NCBI GenBank assembly: GCA_023515725.1
Contig: JALDTO010000288.1
Location: forward strand, 131,214 to 195,213
DNA: 64,000 nucleotides
From: Amoeboaphelidium protococcarum X5
Taxonomy: Eukaryota > Fungi > Aphelidiomycota
Direction of reading: 5' to 3'
The notes beneath the pieces were generated by a model. The model was not told the origin of the DNA. It saw only the letters and a list, made by a program, of their open reading frames with translations, and searched no databases. The position numbers were made by a program, and so were the translations under genes. Each line of letters starts with the position of its first letter. Position 1 is the first letter of the stretch. Positions 29,092-44,196 of the stretch are shown here, piece by piece.

Positions 29092-29348
29092 TACACTATT
29101 AAGGCGATTGTTGCTCAGTATATAACAAATGATGATAAATTACTTGTCTATGTTGGGCGCGTAATATAATTTCTAAATTATTCAAATGGCAGATGGACTA
29201 AATAAATTAGTGAACTTTTAAGGTAAGGTATCATTGATTTTATACCAAATTCTTGGATATCTTTTACATAACGTTCATAATCCTATCGGCATCGTTGTTA
29301 AAAATCTTCGTTGACGCCTTCTAAACCCAAATCCGCGTAATAAACATC

Positions 29349-30654
29349 ATGTCAGACAGCAATAGATCGCAGTATTTGCAAAGCTTAATTAATAAAGACT
29401 TTGCATCAGATAAGGTGATGAAAAGATTTGAGATTAAGCATAAGCTTGGGGAGGGAACGTATGCTGTGGTGCATAGTGGAACCGATAAAGTTAATCAAAA
29501 TTAAATGGTGGCTGTCAAGATGATCAAGATTGGCCAGTTTAGAGATGGTCTTGATATGTCTGCTATAAGGGAAATCAAGTTTCTTAATGAACTCAGTCAC
29601 GAGAATGTGGTTAAGCTGCTGGCAGTGTATACTAATGGTAGGAACATCAATCTAGTATTGGAGTACCTTCCTTATGATTTGGAGATTCTGATCAAGGACA
29701 AGTCTACTCTGCTCAGTAGTGCTGATATAAAATCGTACATGGGCATGATGTTGAGAGGCGTCGAGCATATACACCGGCACTATATAATTCACAGAGATTT
29801 GAAGCCAAATAACATGCTCATATCAGCCAGCGGTCTATTGAAAGTTGCTGATTTTGGTTTGGCGCGATCATATGGTGAACCAACTGGAAATATGTCCACT
29901 CAAGTCGTCACCAGGTGAGTTTTACAAAAAGTTCAGTGGTGTCTCTTGATGAAATGTGATTAATACAAGATTCCGTTGATGATGTAGATGGTATAGAGCG
30001 CCAGAGATTTTGTTTGGGGCGCGTGACTATGGCGATAAAGTTGATATGTGGTCGATGGGGTGTATATTTGCTGAGCTCATGCTACGTACTCCATTTCTGG
30101 TGGGAGACACTGATCTTTAACAGCTAGAAACGATATTTCGTGCTTTAGGGACACCGTCATAGAACGATTGGCCGGTAATTTTTAACTGTAAGAATAGAGG
30201 TAATGAGAAAATCTCTTATTTCTATAATGTAGGGACTAGATCAGTTGCCTAATTATGTGGAACTTACCAAGTATCCAAAGCCTCAGTTGCGCTAATTGTT
30301 TAATGCTGCATCGTCTGATACTCTAGATCTTATGGCTCAAATGTTTTGCTATTATCCATTAAAGAGAATTTCAGCAAAAGATGTAGGATATATGTAAAAT
30401 AGTCGCGTTATTCACCCATTGAGCATTTGTAGGCTTTATTGCATGAGTATTTCAAAAGAGAACCTTATGCGACTAGTCCAGAAAATTTGCCCAAGATTAA
30501 GCAGGCTGTTGATAATAAAAGTCAAACTTAAGCAGCATCAACCGCTGCATCTAAATAAGAATCTGATCTGAATAGCGGTAAACGAAAAGGGCAAGCTTCC
30601 ACCACCACCGCTCAGACTGAAAAGAAAGCTAAGCAGTAAAAGAGAGACTAATGA
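29349..30654 (+). CDS. CDK7: CDK7/Kin28 TFIIH kinase (374 aa; introns 29915-29987, 30175-30232, 30383-30432)
   Basis: [43 protein letters not shown]|WYRAPE. Confidence 0.93.
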
Positions 30655-30702
30655 GTTAAGAAATAGCTTTATCATGATTTATAGTCAAGAAATGTATCGC
30701 TA

Positions 30703-31354
30703 TCACTTTTTAAGACCATAAATCTGCTCCAAGTATGTTTTAAACTCGTTGTAAGCGCGTTCCAGATTGTCGTTGACAATGATTTTATCGTAAATATTCT
30801 TCTGTTTGGAGTATGCCAGGTCATCTTTCACTGATTACATGCGCTTCTAAACGCTTTCTTCACTCTCAGTGCCACGCGATCTCAGTCGAGTCTCCAGCTC
30901 ATCTACAGATGGTGGAGCAATGAAAAGGAAGTTGGCAGAGTTGAATTGGCTCTGCGGATTGTCGATAAGCCGCTTCACATTCTATACACCTTGACGATCA
31001 ATGTCGAGAATACAAATCTTGCCGCTTTAGGCCACACTGTTAACGGCACTCACCGACGTACCATAATAATTACCGCCAAATTGTGCATACTCTAAAAAGT
31101 GATTGTCCGCAATGAGTTATTTAAATTTTTCCACTGAGACATAATGATAATCCACACCATCTTGTTCTCCAGCTCGAGGATTGCGCGTTGTATCTACACA
31201 AAATTCATTGTGGACATTATCATGAAAAGTTAAATATACGTATCATACGAGATACTGAGAAACCAAAATTCTCTGGATAATCCAAGAATAGCTTCTTAAG
31301 TAGAGTAGATTTGCCCACTCCGGATGATCCAGACAGTACCAGCGGCGTTTTCAT
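30703..31354 (-). CDS. GUK1: Guanylate kinase (198 aa; intron 31194-31248)
   Basis: [15 protein letters not shown]|[40 protein letters not shown]. Confidence 0.93.
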
Positions 31355-31562
31355 TATCAATTACAATTTTACAAGGCTTCAAAAAAGGGAGTAAGAGAGC
31401 TTTAAAGGAAAACTCAGATACGCGCTATAATACATAAGAACATGGAGTAAAATAAAAATAATGAACATATATCCAACATTGGTATATCTATTGTCTTCTA
31501 ATAACTTGCCTAGTGTGGCAATGATATGATAGCCTTCATCATCATCAATATCATCATTATTA

Positions 31563-33167
31563 TCACTGTGATGACTCCTGTTGAGCAGCATCAACACCTT
31601 ATTGAGAAGGCATTGAGGACGCGATTTCTCGTGGATGACCAAGTAAATGCTTGCGGAGAGTTCTCTAATGATAGAACGATTTGCCACATCCTTCAACATG
31701 ACATACAAACTCTTTCACCCCAGAATGTGTCTTCAAATGTGTAGTGAGCGAATCCTTCCGGCTAAAACTCTTTCCACATCCTTCCACAGGACAGCAGAAA
31801 GGCTTCTCTTTGGTATGGACCGCGATATGATTTAAAATGCGCAGTCTCTTTTAGAAAGGTTCCTTATTACGGGAGCAGTTCTCCCAATGACAAATGTATT
31901 TGCCGCTCTCATCAGGCGCTATATGCACCTCAACTATGTGTTCGCGTAAATCACCTACAGTTGGGCAAAGCAGATTACATCCTTGCCAGCAACACTTGTG
32001 GACCGAAGATATTTCAGTGCCTTCTGAAGATCTTCTATAATTTGGTTCGCGTTACCCTGCATACAACTAATTCTACAACTAGAGCACCATTTTGATGAGA
32101 TTATCTTTGGTCATACCAGCCAATTGTTACCAGGTGTAGTTTTACTCAGAATCACCGACAAACTGCAGTTCTTCTACGCTCTTTACAGATGCAGGCGTAC
32201 GTGAGCGTGCACTAGAAATCGCCAAACCATGCAGTGAGCTTTAATGACTACTTGCGATGCTTTAATTAAAATCAATGATCGCACCTTATTGTGATGACAA
32301 CAAGGACTATTATCTACCAACGATAAATGGAGACGATGGAGACCCAACTGATATCTGCGAGTTGAATGAATTTTCCATCAGCTGTACCGCTTGCTATTGA
32401 GATTGACGGATCAGTGGTGATTAAACAGATATAACTTGTCCACTCTACAAAAGCGTGGTATTGTCCGATAATGACAAAGACTGGCGGCTATTAATCTACT
32501 GCTACAGATTCTGGGCCTACGCAAGCTACTATTCTTGAATTATTGAAGGCTCATTATGTGTCTGTACTTGCATCTGCATTGCGAGGTCATTCAGCATTAC
32601 CTATTATTGCAACTACTGCTACTCTTGCATCACGAGCTGTTGAGTCTACTATATTTATTGCTCCATATTTCTCAACTGAGCATTGACATCCTGCTATTGA
32701 GCCATTGCAAACGCGCCTAAGGCATCCAGCATCGCCTGCTAATCAGAGGATGATACAGAGGAATTCAGAGATATCTCTGCCTAAAGAGTCTGCTGTGGAT
32801 ATTAAATCTACTGATGTTACTCATTAAAATTTTATACAGCTGACTATTGCTATGCCTAAATTAAAAGATCAGTGCCATCAGCAATCGCATGTGCACCTTA
32901 TTGTAGCAGTAAGATAGAGGCGGCATCAGACAGGGAGCTACTACTAAGCACACTACTTCCATGAGACGCGTTCAGCATCAAATTTGCGCCTTATATTGCA
33001 ATATCATCGCCTGCCTAGGTGTTATTTTAGAATATCTGCGAAACTTCAACGACACCACTGCTATCTTGGTATTACTGCACCGAATTTTCAATCATTGATG
33101 ATAGAGCGGCATTGTTCAATTCATTAAACGCGATAGTTGATACCGACTGAGTGCTATCACGGTCCAT
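31563..33167 (-). CDS. C2H2 zinc-finger transcription factor (GLI/ZIC-like fingers; 534 aa)
   Basis: Gln-rich low-complexity N-terminus; [62 protein letters not shown]. Confidence 0.85.
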
Positions 33168-33424
33168 TTATTACTTGCTATTAACTATATATGATATAAT
33201 GACGATTCACAATGATCTGCTAATAAAAATTTAGATTTTACGCGAAAAAGAGCAAATCTAATGTTGCTTCAACCCCTGTTGTAATGAAGCATGCACAGGC
33301 CACTATCATACAGGTGAATGACCTAAAACGTGGTTACACTAATAACGTGAAGACCAACAACCTTGAAGCAAATTCAAATTTCTGCTCAATAGTCTCAAAA
33401 TTAAAAAGCCTATTATACATTTAT

Positions 33425-35155
33425 TCAATTATGTCTGGGCTTTTATGAAGAGTCATGATAATGAATTCCCTACACAAATCGGAATGAATGTGTTACTTGT
33501 AGACGCGCGTTATACTCAAAAACATACCTCTGTGTCTAAAGTCTATTGCAAAGCCTTCTTGGAGCACTTGATACTTCCTTCAGACAGCTTCTAGTGCAAT
33601 TCATTCAGTTCCAGCTGCTAGTAAGTCAGAATCTTCTCATACAGATCGTTCTGAGACTTTATAAATAGTTTTACATGATCGCGCAATGCATTCCCGATCG
33701 TTTGTTTCAGATCGCGGACATGATCAGAAGCAGCTGCTAATTATGACTATGACTATGTCTATGACTATGATGATGTGGATTACTATGGCGCCTAGGAAGT
33801 CATCCCTTAATGAGCATTAGGTCTGTTACCGTTCTAACATTACTGTATATCTACTTTAGATGTATTACCAATCAACCTTTTTATCTACACTCAATTCATA
33901 AAAATTACCAAGACGACATGCAGTCTTCTACAATTGATGGACTTACAGCGAGCATATGAGACTCTGCGAGGTGATGAATCTCTCTGATAGCAGCGACAGT
34001 TCGCCGCGAAATTTACTCTTTCACAGTGTCATTAATAAAAGTGAAGCTATCCAGTTCCGCTTTATACTGAAGAACAGCGTTTTAAGATGATGCCTAGCAG
34101 CCTTCAATAGACTTTGAATGGAACGCCTGTAGAGGATCAGTCTACCTCTAAACTTCAAATAAAGTTTTATCTTACTTTGCTCGGGCGGAATGCTGTGATG
34201 AAGAATCAGTATTCTTCAAGTTGGGTTAGTAAGCCGATCCAACATTATCCATTATAAAAGAATTAGCATCATCAATTGCCATTATATCAAACGTGGCAGT
34301 CTAATCTTTCACCTGTCCTTTACCGTGAGATGATTTTCGTCTATTAGGACGCGTTTGTTCAAGGACCATCTATAAAGCATCATCATTAACATCAATCCTG
34401 GAATTAGAGGTAGACTTATTTACAAAAACTTTATACACCGACTCCATGTTGTCGAAATCTTCATCAACTTCATCTAAAGCGCTATTCGCATCCACTGGAA
34501 GCACCAAGTCCACAGTCTTTTGAGGCATTGCTTTGTGTTTCTACTGTGTCGTTTCAGCGCGCGTCGACGTGTTCTATGACCTTTATGACACTGAAGCTTA
34601 CTTTGCGGCATGTCCAATATCCGATAATCTTTTGGTATCATCTTCAACAAGCCTTTTCACTTCAGCCATTGATAGTTTACTTCGATTGACGCACTCTTTG
34701 AGATGCTTTTAAATTTTAGAACTAACGGCAGACTGCTTAACACCAGAAAGGTTAAATACCAATGCACAGACAGGACATTGACCGAGAGAGGCGACTTTAC
34801 TAATCAAATCAGTCTACTGAATCTAAGTTTCAGTCTCGCAAGATTCCACTATACTGTTATAGCTACTATGCTCTTAGTCTAGACATGCGTTGACATGCCG
34901 CTCTTGATCCACAACCGAGAACCCTGTCAAGTCCATATCACAAACTATACATCGTTACTGAACCGCTTCATCATTCGATTATACCACAGAAATCTAAGAC
35001 TACTCCTAATTATTTTCCATACAAGATTCAATATGGTATTGTCGGGCCATTTGCGACTTGAATATAGACAAATTAGCCTAGCATATAGGACAGACTACAC
35101 TCTGGTCCCTACTGGACCCTCCACTACCGCTTTAGAGCTCATCGGCGAGATTCAT
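33425..35155 (-). CDS. SLX4: SLX4-like structure-specific endonuclease scaffold (536 aa; introns 33885-33946, 33470-33527)
   Basis: Three UBZ-like fingers (CPIC..HIESC, CIVC..HVNAC, CPVC..HLKEC); C-terminal LYEKILTYQQLELNELHQKL..IKCSKKALQQTLDTEGI resembles the Slx1-binding domain. Confidence 0.75.
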
Positions 35156-35573
35156 TTTATCAGCGATTCTTTTAGTAGACAAATTAAGCTTAGATTTGAG
35201 CATATTATCACTGTTATGACACCTTGCAGACCTTCAAAATTAATTGTTTCAACGCGAGTTAGAGTTGCCGCAGAAAAAGCTGAGAGAAGATCTTATACAT
35301 TATCTGATCAGCTATAAAATATCTTTATAGAGTTTTTAAACTGCAAAAATGATGATTTGCAACTCTATGAAGATACTTATAAGATAAAGCCTAACTGATA
35401 ATGCATAAACAGTTAGTCATGAAAGCTTAAGTACTCAAATGATAAGCAGATGGTGAATTTTAGGGGTCGCGTTTTGAATTTTTTCAAGTTTTCGCTGAAT
35501 TCTTCTCCTTCGTTTCTTCGCTCGGTCTGTAACAACTTCTAATTAGCGAATTCAATATATACACACGATTGTC

Positions 35574-38411
35574 ATGATTGAGTAGATTGTCAAGATAGCT
35601 CTGTAAGAACTCGCATATGAAGGATCGGATGGATGCAGTGTAAAGAAATTATTACGGCTGGTAAATAAGCAGCTGCCTGATGTCGATTCGTCTAGCGATC
35701 AGATGGCCAGATTTGTGCATGATATTCTGGTGAAAATTCCATGCGTTGATAGCGGCGACACTGCTGATGATTAATAGTCTTCCATAGTCCGAATGAATGA
35801 TTAGGACAGGTGTCAATGGTTGCTTGATAAATCCGCCCTAACGCCGGAGTAGCTGACACCTAAAATCGCACAGATACTGGATGTTGTAGCGTGCCGTCGA
35901 TGGCGTGGAATATCACAGATTGAATTGTGTAAATAATTATCAATTGACGCGCGATCTCTCAATTATTACACGAAGCTCCTTCTAGAGAATGGTGTTATCC
36001 TCAGACGTAATGGTAGATCTAATGTCAGCGGCAGTAGCTACAATATCATTCTCCATCATTAGCGATTTGTTAATGAAGAAGAAGAAGATGATGCTGGTGA
36101 ATTAAACGCTGCGGCTGCCGATAATGGTGGTGATAGTGAAAGTAAAAAGAGCGCAGAGGGTCTTAATAGAACCAGCATTGAGTATAGAGTATAGATATGT
36201 AAGGCACTAGAGTAGGCAAAGAATCGAACTCTTACTCTATCTGATTTGCGTCGTATGGTCACTATAGACAACGTTCAAGAGAGCCGTCAATATAAACGAG
36301 GGAGAGAGTGGTTGAAAAACAATGGATACATTGAGAAGCTGTTTGTTGACTTTTCACCTGCTGATGCAGAGATGGCTGATTCTAACTTACCTGATTAATC
36401 GGATAAATAGTCGTCTTCATCTGGATAAAGATTTAGTTCAGAACCTGAGGATGAAGCTCAAGGCGAAGAAGAGTAGGATGTTTAAGTTGTCAGTGGTGGT
36501 GGTAAACTTACTACGTGCATCAGACTAATTAAGCCATACAATCCCGTGTCTGAAGATCCTAAAGCATTTAGAGTTAAGGCTTAGGACGACATTGTTTAGG
36601 CGTCCGCTGATGACAAAGAAATGGGCCTGGACACGGATGTGGTTGGTTGCAATAATACTTTTACTTACGGATTCGCGTCTGATTACTAAATGTTTAACGT
36701 GATCGCTTGGAGCAAGACTGGCCTCACCACTTAGGACCTCCGGAAATAGATGAGTAATCTTAATGGCCGCGTTCTGAATACAATGGCGGAGAGATTATGC
36801 TGTACGACATCACCCAACTCTAACAGTAGCTAGAAGTCGGGCAAGTTCAAAAAAAAGTAAAATAGCAAGTCTTTTAACGCGTACACTCAGTATCATATGC
36901 CTAGTGTCAATCGTGCCATTGAATTCAATAAGAAAGAGAAGACTTTGAAGTTGACTGTGACCAATATGTACTGCCCATCTATAATACGGGACGTAGCAGA
37001 TGCTTAGGAATAGACTTTTGGTGTCTCTGCTGTTGATGGCGTCAATCTATAGTCAGCCGCTGATATTCTGTAATAGTCTTAATCTACTACTGCTTCAGCT
37101 ATACGTACAGAAGATGTCACTCCACCGTCATCAGTTACTTAATCTCCTGTGCCTCAACTTAAAGCGGCTTCGGTTGATACGGTCGCTCTTCCACAGTAGC
37201 AGAATCTCAATCTGACAGCTCTGGCTAGATCGAAACTTTTGTTATCGATTCTAGATCAAGAACCGATTGTGTAATTGGATATCTATTTTCTGAGAAAGTT
37301 TAGTCAACTTATCTACTTGGATAAGAAGGACAAAGCTGAGGTCGATCGCAAGACTTTAGAGCGGAACATTAAGCTCTTGGAGTAGCATGGATTTTTAAAG
37401 ACATTGAAAGTGGCCTGTCGCCGGGTGAATGGCAGTACATGCTATCGTATGCTTTTATTGCACAGAAATGTGTAGGTGGACGACGATAATGAAGAGTTGT
37501 GCGATGAAATCGAAGTTGTAAAGTCTGGAGCACATTGTGGTTAGTTTGGCTCAGAGTATGCGCAATAGAAACCACCAGAGATTCCTAATGTGGTCACTGA
37601 TCTGGAAATTGATAGATTACCTCCACTCCCTAAGCCTGTCAAGACTAGATTGCAGTTGAGAAAAGAGAGAAATCGAAGCAAGAGACGGCGTCGTAGTGAT
37701 GAATATGATGATAGCGACGAAACTTCTGCTTATGAGTCTGACTATAGTTCGAATAGTGATGCAGAAGATGGCGATTATATTGAGTCGGATCGTAGGCATA
37801 GATTGAAATCTAAAGGAATGCTCTTGCTCAAACCCCCTCAAGAGTTGTATGACTGGTAAACTGTGTCGTACGATACATTATCTGATCTGTATAGGCTTAA
37901 GAGGCGACTGCCACCAGCTCCCTTTTAATAATCTGGTGAATAGATTAGTGGAATTGATGACGGCTCAACCTAGAGTAAGAAGTTTGATAATTTATTAGGC
38001 GCAACGTTGGCCATGCCTCTGCTTGGAACTCAAGTCAGCGATGGTGACTAGTAAATTAGTACAGAAGACATAGTCTGGCAGTAGGCAATTACGCAAGTTT
38101 AACACTAACTGATTGCAGAAGGTGACGGTGGTGATGAAGTTATGGAATAGGATGCAACATCCAGAAAGAGTATATATGATCCCATCGGTCAATAGCTTGA
38201 TGTTAAAAGTTGTAGAATCCCAGACAATCTTACAAACATAATTAATGTTAGAGCTAATGAGGATATCTATTGGTTATTGAACGCTGTATCAAGCTAAATG
38301 GCAGTTCTGAAGCCTCGTGAGCTGTCTCTCTCCAACGAGCAATGGAGTTCCATATTGGTGAATAAGTAACTAGCAAAACTTGGATTGTCTTTTGATATCA
38401 ATTTACTATGA
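35574..38411 (+). CDS. TFIIIC B-box-binding subunit (tau138/GTF3C1-like; 945 aa)
   Basis: LQELAYEGSDGCS start; ILDVVACRRWRGISQIELC..IDARSLNYYTKLLLENGVI winged-helix B-block motif; IDRKTLERNIKLL. Confidence 0.78.
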
Positions 38412-38639
38412 ACAGTTGACAAAGTGAGTTATAATTACTGTATTTAATCATATAATGCTAATGCATGAATATTGCTTAACCGCCGTCGTGAAAATCACAC
38501 GGTATCAAGAGGAAGATGATAAATTATGAATTAAGTCTGCAAACCAACTTTGTGTATACACTTATTCATTCATAAAACTTTTGATATCACGATCTTATAC
38601 GTCAATAGTCTCTACCAGTATCTTTGCGTCTCTGAGTGT

Positions 38640-40019
38640 TCAAAAGTTCATTTGAGACGCGTTGAAATTAGAGTTGTGTGATTTCAAATCTGCGTCAATA
38701 CTGTCTCGGAACCTCTTCATAACACCACTGAAATCTTTCAAACTCGTCTTTTACCAATCTACACATACAATTTTTATTAGATATATTCCTTAGATACTTG
38801 TTAACAGTAACAATATTACCTTTTAATTGAGTATTAGAAGCGCCAGATCTGTCATGTGCCATCATCTCCTGTATGACTCCATTCATGGTGGGCACTGTTA
38901 GAGGATTGAATTTGTCTGCATCCACAGCATCAATAGGAACACAAATTTTACCTACAAATTATGCATTAGGTTCAGCGTAGAACCATGATTTGTAAAAATT
39001 GAACATAAGCATAGTGAGAACTTACCAGTTTTGGGGTGAACACAGAATGGGCTCTTGAGCAAGTGATTTAAATGCATACTAACCTGAGCATCTAGGCGAG
39101 GATACATGTAAAAGAATTAAATGTTCCTAACACAATTATCCAACTTCTTATCTTTCATTCCACCAACGTACTCTGTCAACACTCTCCATTACTCTGCAGC
39201 AGAGTGTTATTGGGACCAGTGATCACTCAACTTCTACCGTAATGCCTCATGCGGCACCAATTTCAACATATCTAGAGGCAACTTTGGAGCATCGGGTCCG
39301 AGCATGCAACCACGAAAGTACTAGTCTATTATGGCAGCACTTCTCGACATATGCGGATGCTGATAACTCATTTTACTGGCCGCGTCACCACTCAGGGCAC
39401 GAACAACTTCCAGATACTGCACCACACTACGCCTGCTCTCTTCATTCATCACACGCGCACGCTTGTCAGCCACCCACAAATGAACACCTCTACGACCGCT
39501 GTATACCCATAACAGACACTGGAAGCCAAAGTCTGATCTGAGACACTCGTCAATCACCTTGATAGAGACGGTCATGAGAGTCCAACACTTTCGACAAATG
39601 TCAGCACCGGCACAGCATGAACGCACCTGATCATAATCCGTCATATCGATATCAATGACAAACTCTCTCTGCACCGGCTTGAAGCTCTTCGTCATGGACT
39701 TATTCTTGGGCTTGGTAGAGTACACGGCGCCAATGTCAATCTTGGCCGGATTCTTCTTGCACAGATCAGCGTGGAACTCCCTGTGTGTCATGTACGACTG
39801 GTAACGCACGTAGATCTCTTCCCCACTGGAACCGGTCAGAGTGTACGACCATTCTCTATTGTGTAAAATGGTAGGATCACCATAGCTCAGCCACTGCAGC
39901 ATCCACTCTGACGGGAAGAGACGCTCATAAAACATCTTCCGCAACACCTACATGTCATCCACAAGCAGAATCTACTCATCACTCTCATCCACTTGGTTCA
40001 CAGGATCACTGACTGTCAT
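38640..40019 (-). CDS. PRI1: DNA primase small (catalytic) subunit (414 aa; introns 38952-39025, 38759-38819)
   Basis: [66 protein letters not shown]. Confidence 0.95.
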
Positions 40020-40690
40020 TTCTCAGACTTTTAAGCACTAGTTATTATATGCAAACAGAAGTTTATTATGTGATGCCACTTAATGCTATTCCTTGGGAAA
40101 GTCTCGTTCTTTATGCAGAGCTATCCGGTCGCAACTATCTATTTAGAGGTGAACGCGCGTCTTTGAATAGTTGAAACGAGACGAAGAACTGTCTGTCTGG
40201 CTGTCCGTCTGCTGAACAGAAAGAGAAATCGCTTCCAGATACTATGAAACAGAAGTGGCGCTCTTGTTAGTGTTCACCACCCTCTATGTCATAGAGAAGT
40301 TATTGTACACTGTATACGGCGATTTATCAAGAAATACTAAATCAAGAAATTTTTTATTTTAAGGCTATAAAGTGTCGTTGCAGTTTTGACACTAAGAGTG
40401 GTGAGTTTTCGTTTGGTATTGTTGACAGGTATCTGGAAACATTATTTTCACGATAATTATACCAACTTCTAAGAGTATAAGCACGTATATTTAGTCCTTT
40501 GATACTGTAATAAACGTTTACAACCATACACACACGCTTAGAAGACGCTCCGATCGTGTAAATTCACTTTCTACGGAGACAGGCGCGCGTTTCTCTTCCA
40601 TCTCTTTAGTCTCTACAAATCTGTTAAAGTTCTTTTTATTAAACGAATATATAATCAAAGATTAGGCAGTTGAATTGATTTGGCGCTATA

Positions 40691-42559
40691 ATGATTTTGA
40701 TGATGCACCTTTCAATATTATTCTTAAGCGGATTAATACATTTCGCGATGTCTAATGAACATGATCATGTCTATGAGGATGGGGAAGAGGTGGTTGTATG
40801 GGCGAATACTGTTGGACCGTATGATAATAGATAGGAAACGTACGAATACTTTCAACTTCCGTACTGCTAAGGAGAGAGGGAGCCTCAGCATCATCATGAG
40901 ACTCTAGGTGAGGCATTGCTGGGCATGGAACTGGTGAGTACTGGCATGGAGATTGGATTTAGACGCAACGCGGAGAAGCGGCCCATTTGTGAAGATTATG
41001 AGCTCAATTCGCGTCAGATTACTCTGTTCCAATACGCCATCAGTAATAACTACTTCTTTCAGTACTTTATCGATGACCTGTACGTTGGTGGTTATGTGGG
41101 TGAGAGCGATGTGGGAGATGATGGTCTTTACTTGTACACGCATTAATCATTCGAGTTCCATTACAACGAAGACAGGATTATTGGCGTGTCCCTGCAGATG
41201 GCTAATCCTGTCCTTTTAGGATAAGAGCTGGATAGTATCAAGTTGAATTTCACGTATTCAGTTGTGTGGACAGAGACATCAGTAGAATTTAAAGATCGAT
41301 TTGACTTTTATCTGGATACAGAGTTCTTTGAGCATCAGATTCACTGGTTTGCTATCGCCAACTCTTTCATGATGGTTCTGTTCTTGATTGCCTTTGTTGT
41401 TGTTATTCTGATGAGAGCCCTGCGTATGGATTATGCTCGTTATGATAGACTAAGTGGTGGATCTGATGGTAGGAATAGTTCTAATAATGTATCTCCGCCG
41501 TATTCCAGTAGTACCAGTAATAATACTAACTATAGTAACGCTGTTGGCTAATCATATAGTGGTAGATTTGGAGATGAAGAGTTGATGGATTTCAGTGAAG
41601 ATTATGGATGGAAATTGGTTCATGGCGACGTGTTTAGGCGACCAGAGAAGCTTTCTCTTCTTAGTGCGTCTATAGGTACTGGGTACTAGTTGAACGTGAT
41701 GTGTGTTCTCATAAGTATTCTGGCTCTCGTGGGCAATATGTACACAGAGAGAGCCTCAATCCTTACTGGGTGTATTTTCATTTTTGCCGCCACTTCCTTC
41801 ATCAGTGGATACTATTCGGCACATTTCTTTGTGGGATATGGTGGACGGCGTTGGATCAGAACTTTGATGTTGAGTGCATCTCTATGGTCTGGTGCTGTGT
41901 GTGTCATCACTATCATAGTGAACTTTATAGCGATTTACTATCATAGTACAAAGGCTATACCTGCTGGAACGATGGTTGCCATATTTTGTATATGGGCGTT
42001 CATGGTGTTTCCATTGACTTTACTGGGCACTATCGTTGGCAAGAACTGGACTAGGAAGTTTTCGTTCCCCACCAGAGTTAATCCTATTCCTCGGCCTGTG
42101 CCTGAGCGGTAGTGGTACAATGAACCAGGTTTCTTGATATTTGTTGGCGGTATTCTTCCCTTTGGATCTATTTTCATCGAAGTGTATTTTGTGTTCACCT
42201 CATTCTGGACTTACAAGGTGTATTACGTGTTTGGATTCCTTCTTCTGGTAATAGCGAATCTATGGATAGTGACTGCCTGTGTATCCATAGTGGTTACTTA
42301 TTATCTATTGAATAGTGAGGATTGGCGGTGGCAGTGGGTATCTTTCCTTACTGGAGGATCAGTTTCGCTTTACATATTCATGTACTCGATATATTACTTC
42401 TTTGCAATGACTAAAATGTATGGCCTGTTCTAGACTGCATTCTACTTTGGTTATACCTCAGTTCTCTGTCTCGGCGTTTTTTTAATGTGTGGATCTATTG
42501 GGTACTCTGCTGCGTCTGCATTTGTACGTCGCATTTACGCCACTGTCAAAATTGACTGA
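40691..42559 (+). CDS. Transmembrane 9 superfamily protein (TM9SF3/EMP70-like; 622 aa)
   Basis: NTVGPYDNR(Q)[48 protein letters not shown]-terminal VKID. Confidence 0.93.
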
Positions 42560-42630
42560 TATGATTGTTAGATTAAGAAAATTATATCCTTATAAACTTA
42601 AATATACATTGAACAAAATAGACTCAACAT

Positions 42631-44196
42631 TCATTGATTACTAGATATAACAGATTTAAAGCCGACATTGTCCAATTCCATGATGGACGCTGAGCCAGTT
42701 TACTTTTTACGCATTTAATCAGACCTGGTCATTATGATGTCTTTAGATGGTTATACAATAATGTTCTTCAGAAGTGACGCATCGTCATGAAAGAGGGAAT
42801 CGCAAGATATTCTAAATTGACTATGCGGAAATATCGGGGCAAGTTCTTAAGTGAGCGAACGTCTCTTCTCCAGCAGATCGTGCAAGTTCTCCAGTACGAG
42901 ACCATCAATCGGGCGCTTTCTCTTGTTACGTACACCATTTTTATACAGTTTCGAGTAATGAGATTCAATCTACTTGTTCAAATCCTCTACCACTTACAAG
43001 TACTCTTGATAGGCCATTCGATCCTGGGCGACTTACTCTAGAATACGACGTCTATTCTAATTTAGCTGATGCACTTGGCGTAAATCCTGCTATAATCTAC
43101 GTAGCTCCAGGCATATCTCATCATCTTCGTCATTACTCCAATGAGGGCCATTGTTCGCGTCCGAGTTCAAATCAAGTAGTCCTAAATGTTACAGCTCTCT
43201 TCTGATACGCTCCTCTACATCATAGTTGAAGTCGGCATCATTCGGTAAAGTGCCAATTTACTTTTGATGCAATCCATCTTAATCAGTGACAAGTTCAGCG
43301 CCCTCACTGGATTCTGGTTCCAACTCCGGAGCTACGATATTTTCCTCTACCAGTGCAGATAACAATCGCTCAGTCAAACTACCGAGCCCAGATTGTAAAT
43401 GCTCTTGAGATGGTAGCATAGCATTGTCACCATCAGCCCACACTTCTCGATAATGCCTTCCGAGCGGAGGTATCAGGAATGCACTGACATCGTCTTGACT
43501 CGCCAAATACAAGTTTTACACGTCTTGTTCCGTGATTAATTTAAAGAATTGTTCGACATAATTCCAGAAGGTATTAGATGGAGTCTGCTGAGACGGCTTT
43601 AGCTTTGGCGGTGGCTGATCAGAGTACGCAACAGCCTGTCCGGCGACTTGATCCGGCTCCTGTGTTTCCGCACGCGAACTCTCATCCAAAAAAGTGGACT
43701 ATCGTCTCTATCGCTTCAGAGTATCAGTATCATCATCATCACCTTAATCATTCTTGTGATCAGCTGCAGTGGCCGCAGTAGATCGCTTACGTTTCACCTT
43801 CGAGTCGCTCTTATCTTTCACCACGTCTTAACTTCCAACCGCAGAAACCGCCGTCGGCCGTTGAGCGTTAATTATTCCTACAGAATCGCCACTTTTGGCA
43901 GCTTGGGCCGACACAGCGTCGTTGAAGACACTACCTGCAGTTGGACCAACACGCATCTCCTTTTATTTTATCTTGATATATTTTTCAGCTTTCACCAGCT
44001 CGTCTTGCAGATATTATATCTTGTCAGTATTCTGCTTCTTCCATTGCTTGATCTCTCTGCGCATCGTCTTGAGCAATTTCTACTCAGCCTCCCCGCTAAC
44101 AGCGCCATTTAAATATTTCTTGGCCGAAGGACAGCATTCATCTAATGATACTGCAGATAAAGTATTGAATAATAGTTTCTCTAGATTTTAATCCAT
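42631..44196 (-). CDS. ADA3: SAGA/ADA complex subunit Ada3 (521 aa)
   Basis: NTFWNYVEQFF, FLIPPLGRHYREVWA, GSLTERLLSALVEEN, EERIRREL, EDDEICLELRRLQ. Confidence 0.88.

Noticed and set aside
40100-40680. Possible small gene between PRI1 and the TM9SF gene
   Set aside because: Open frames arise easily with a single stop codon, and no recognisable protein features were found. Treated as a divergent promoter region.
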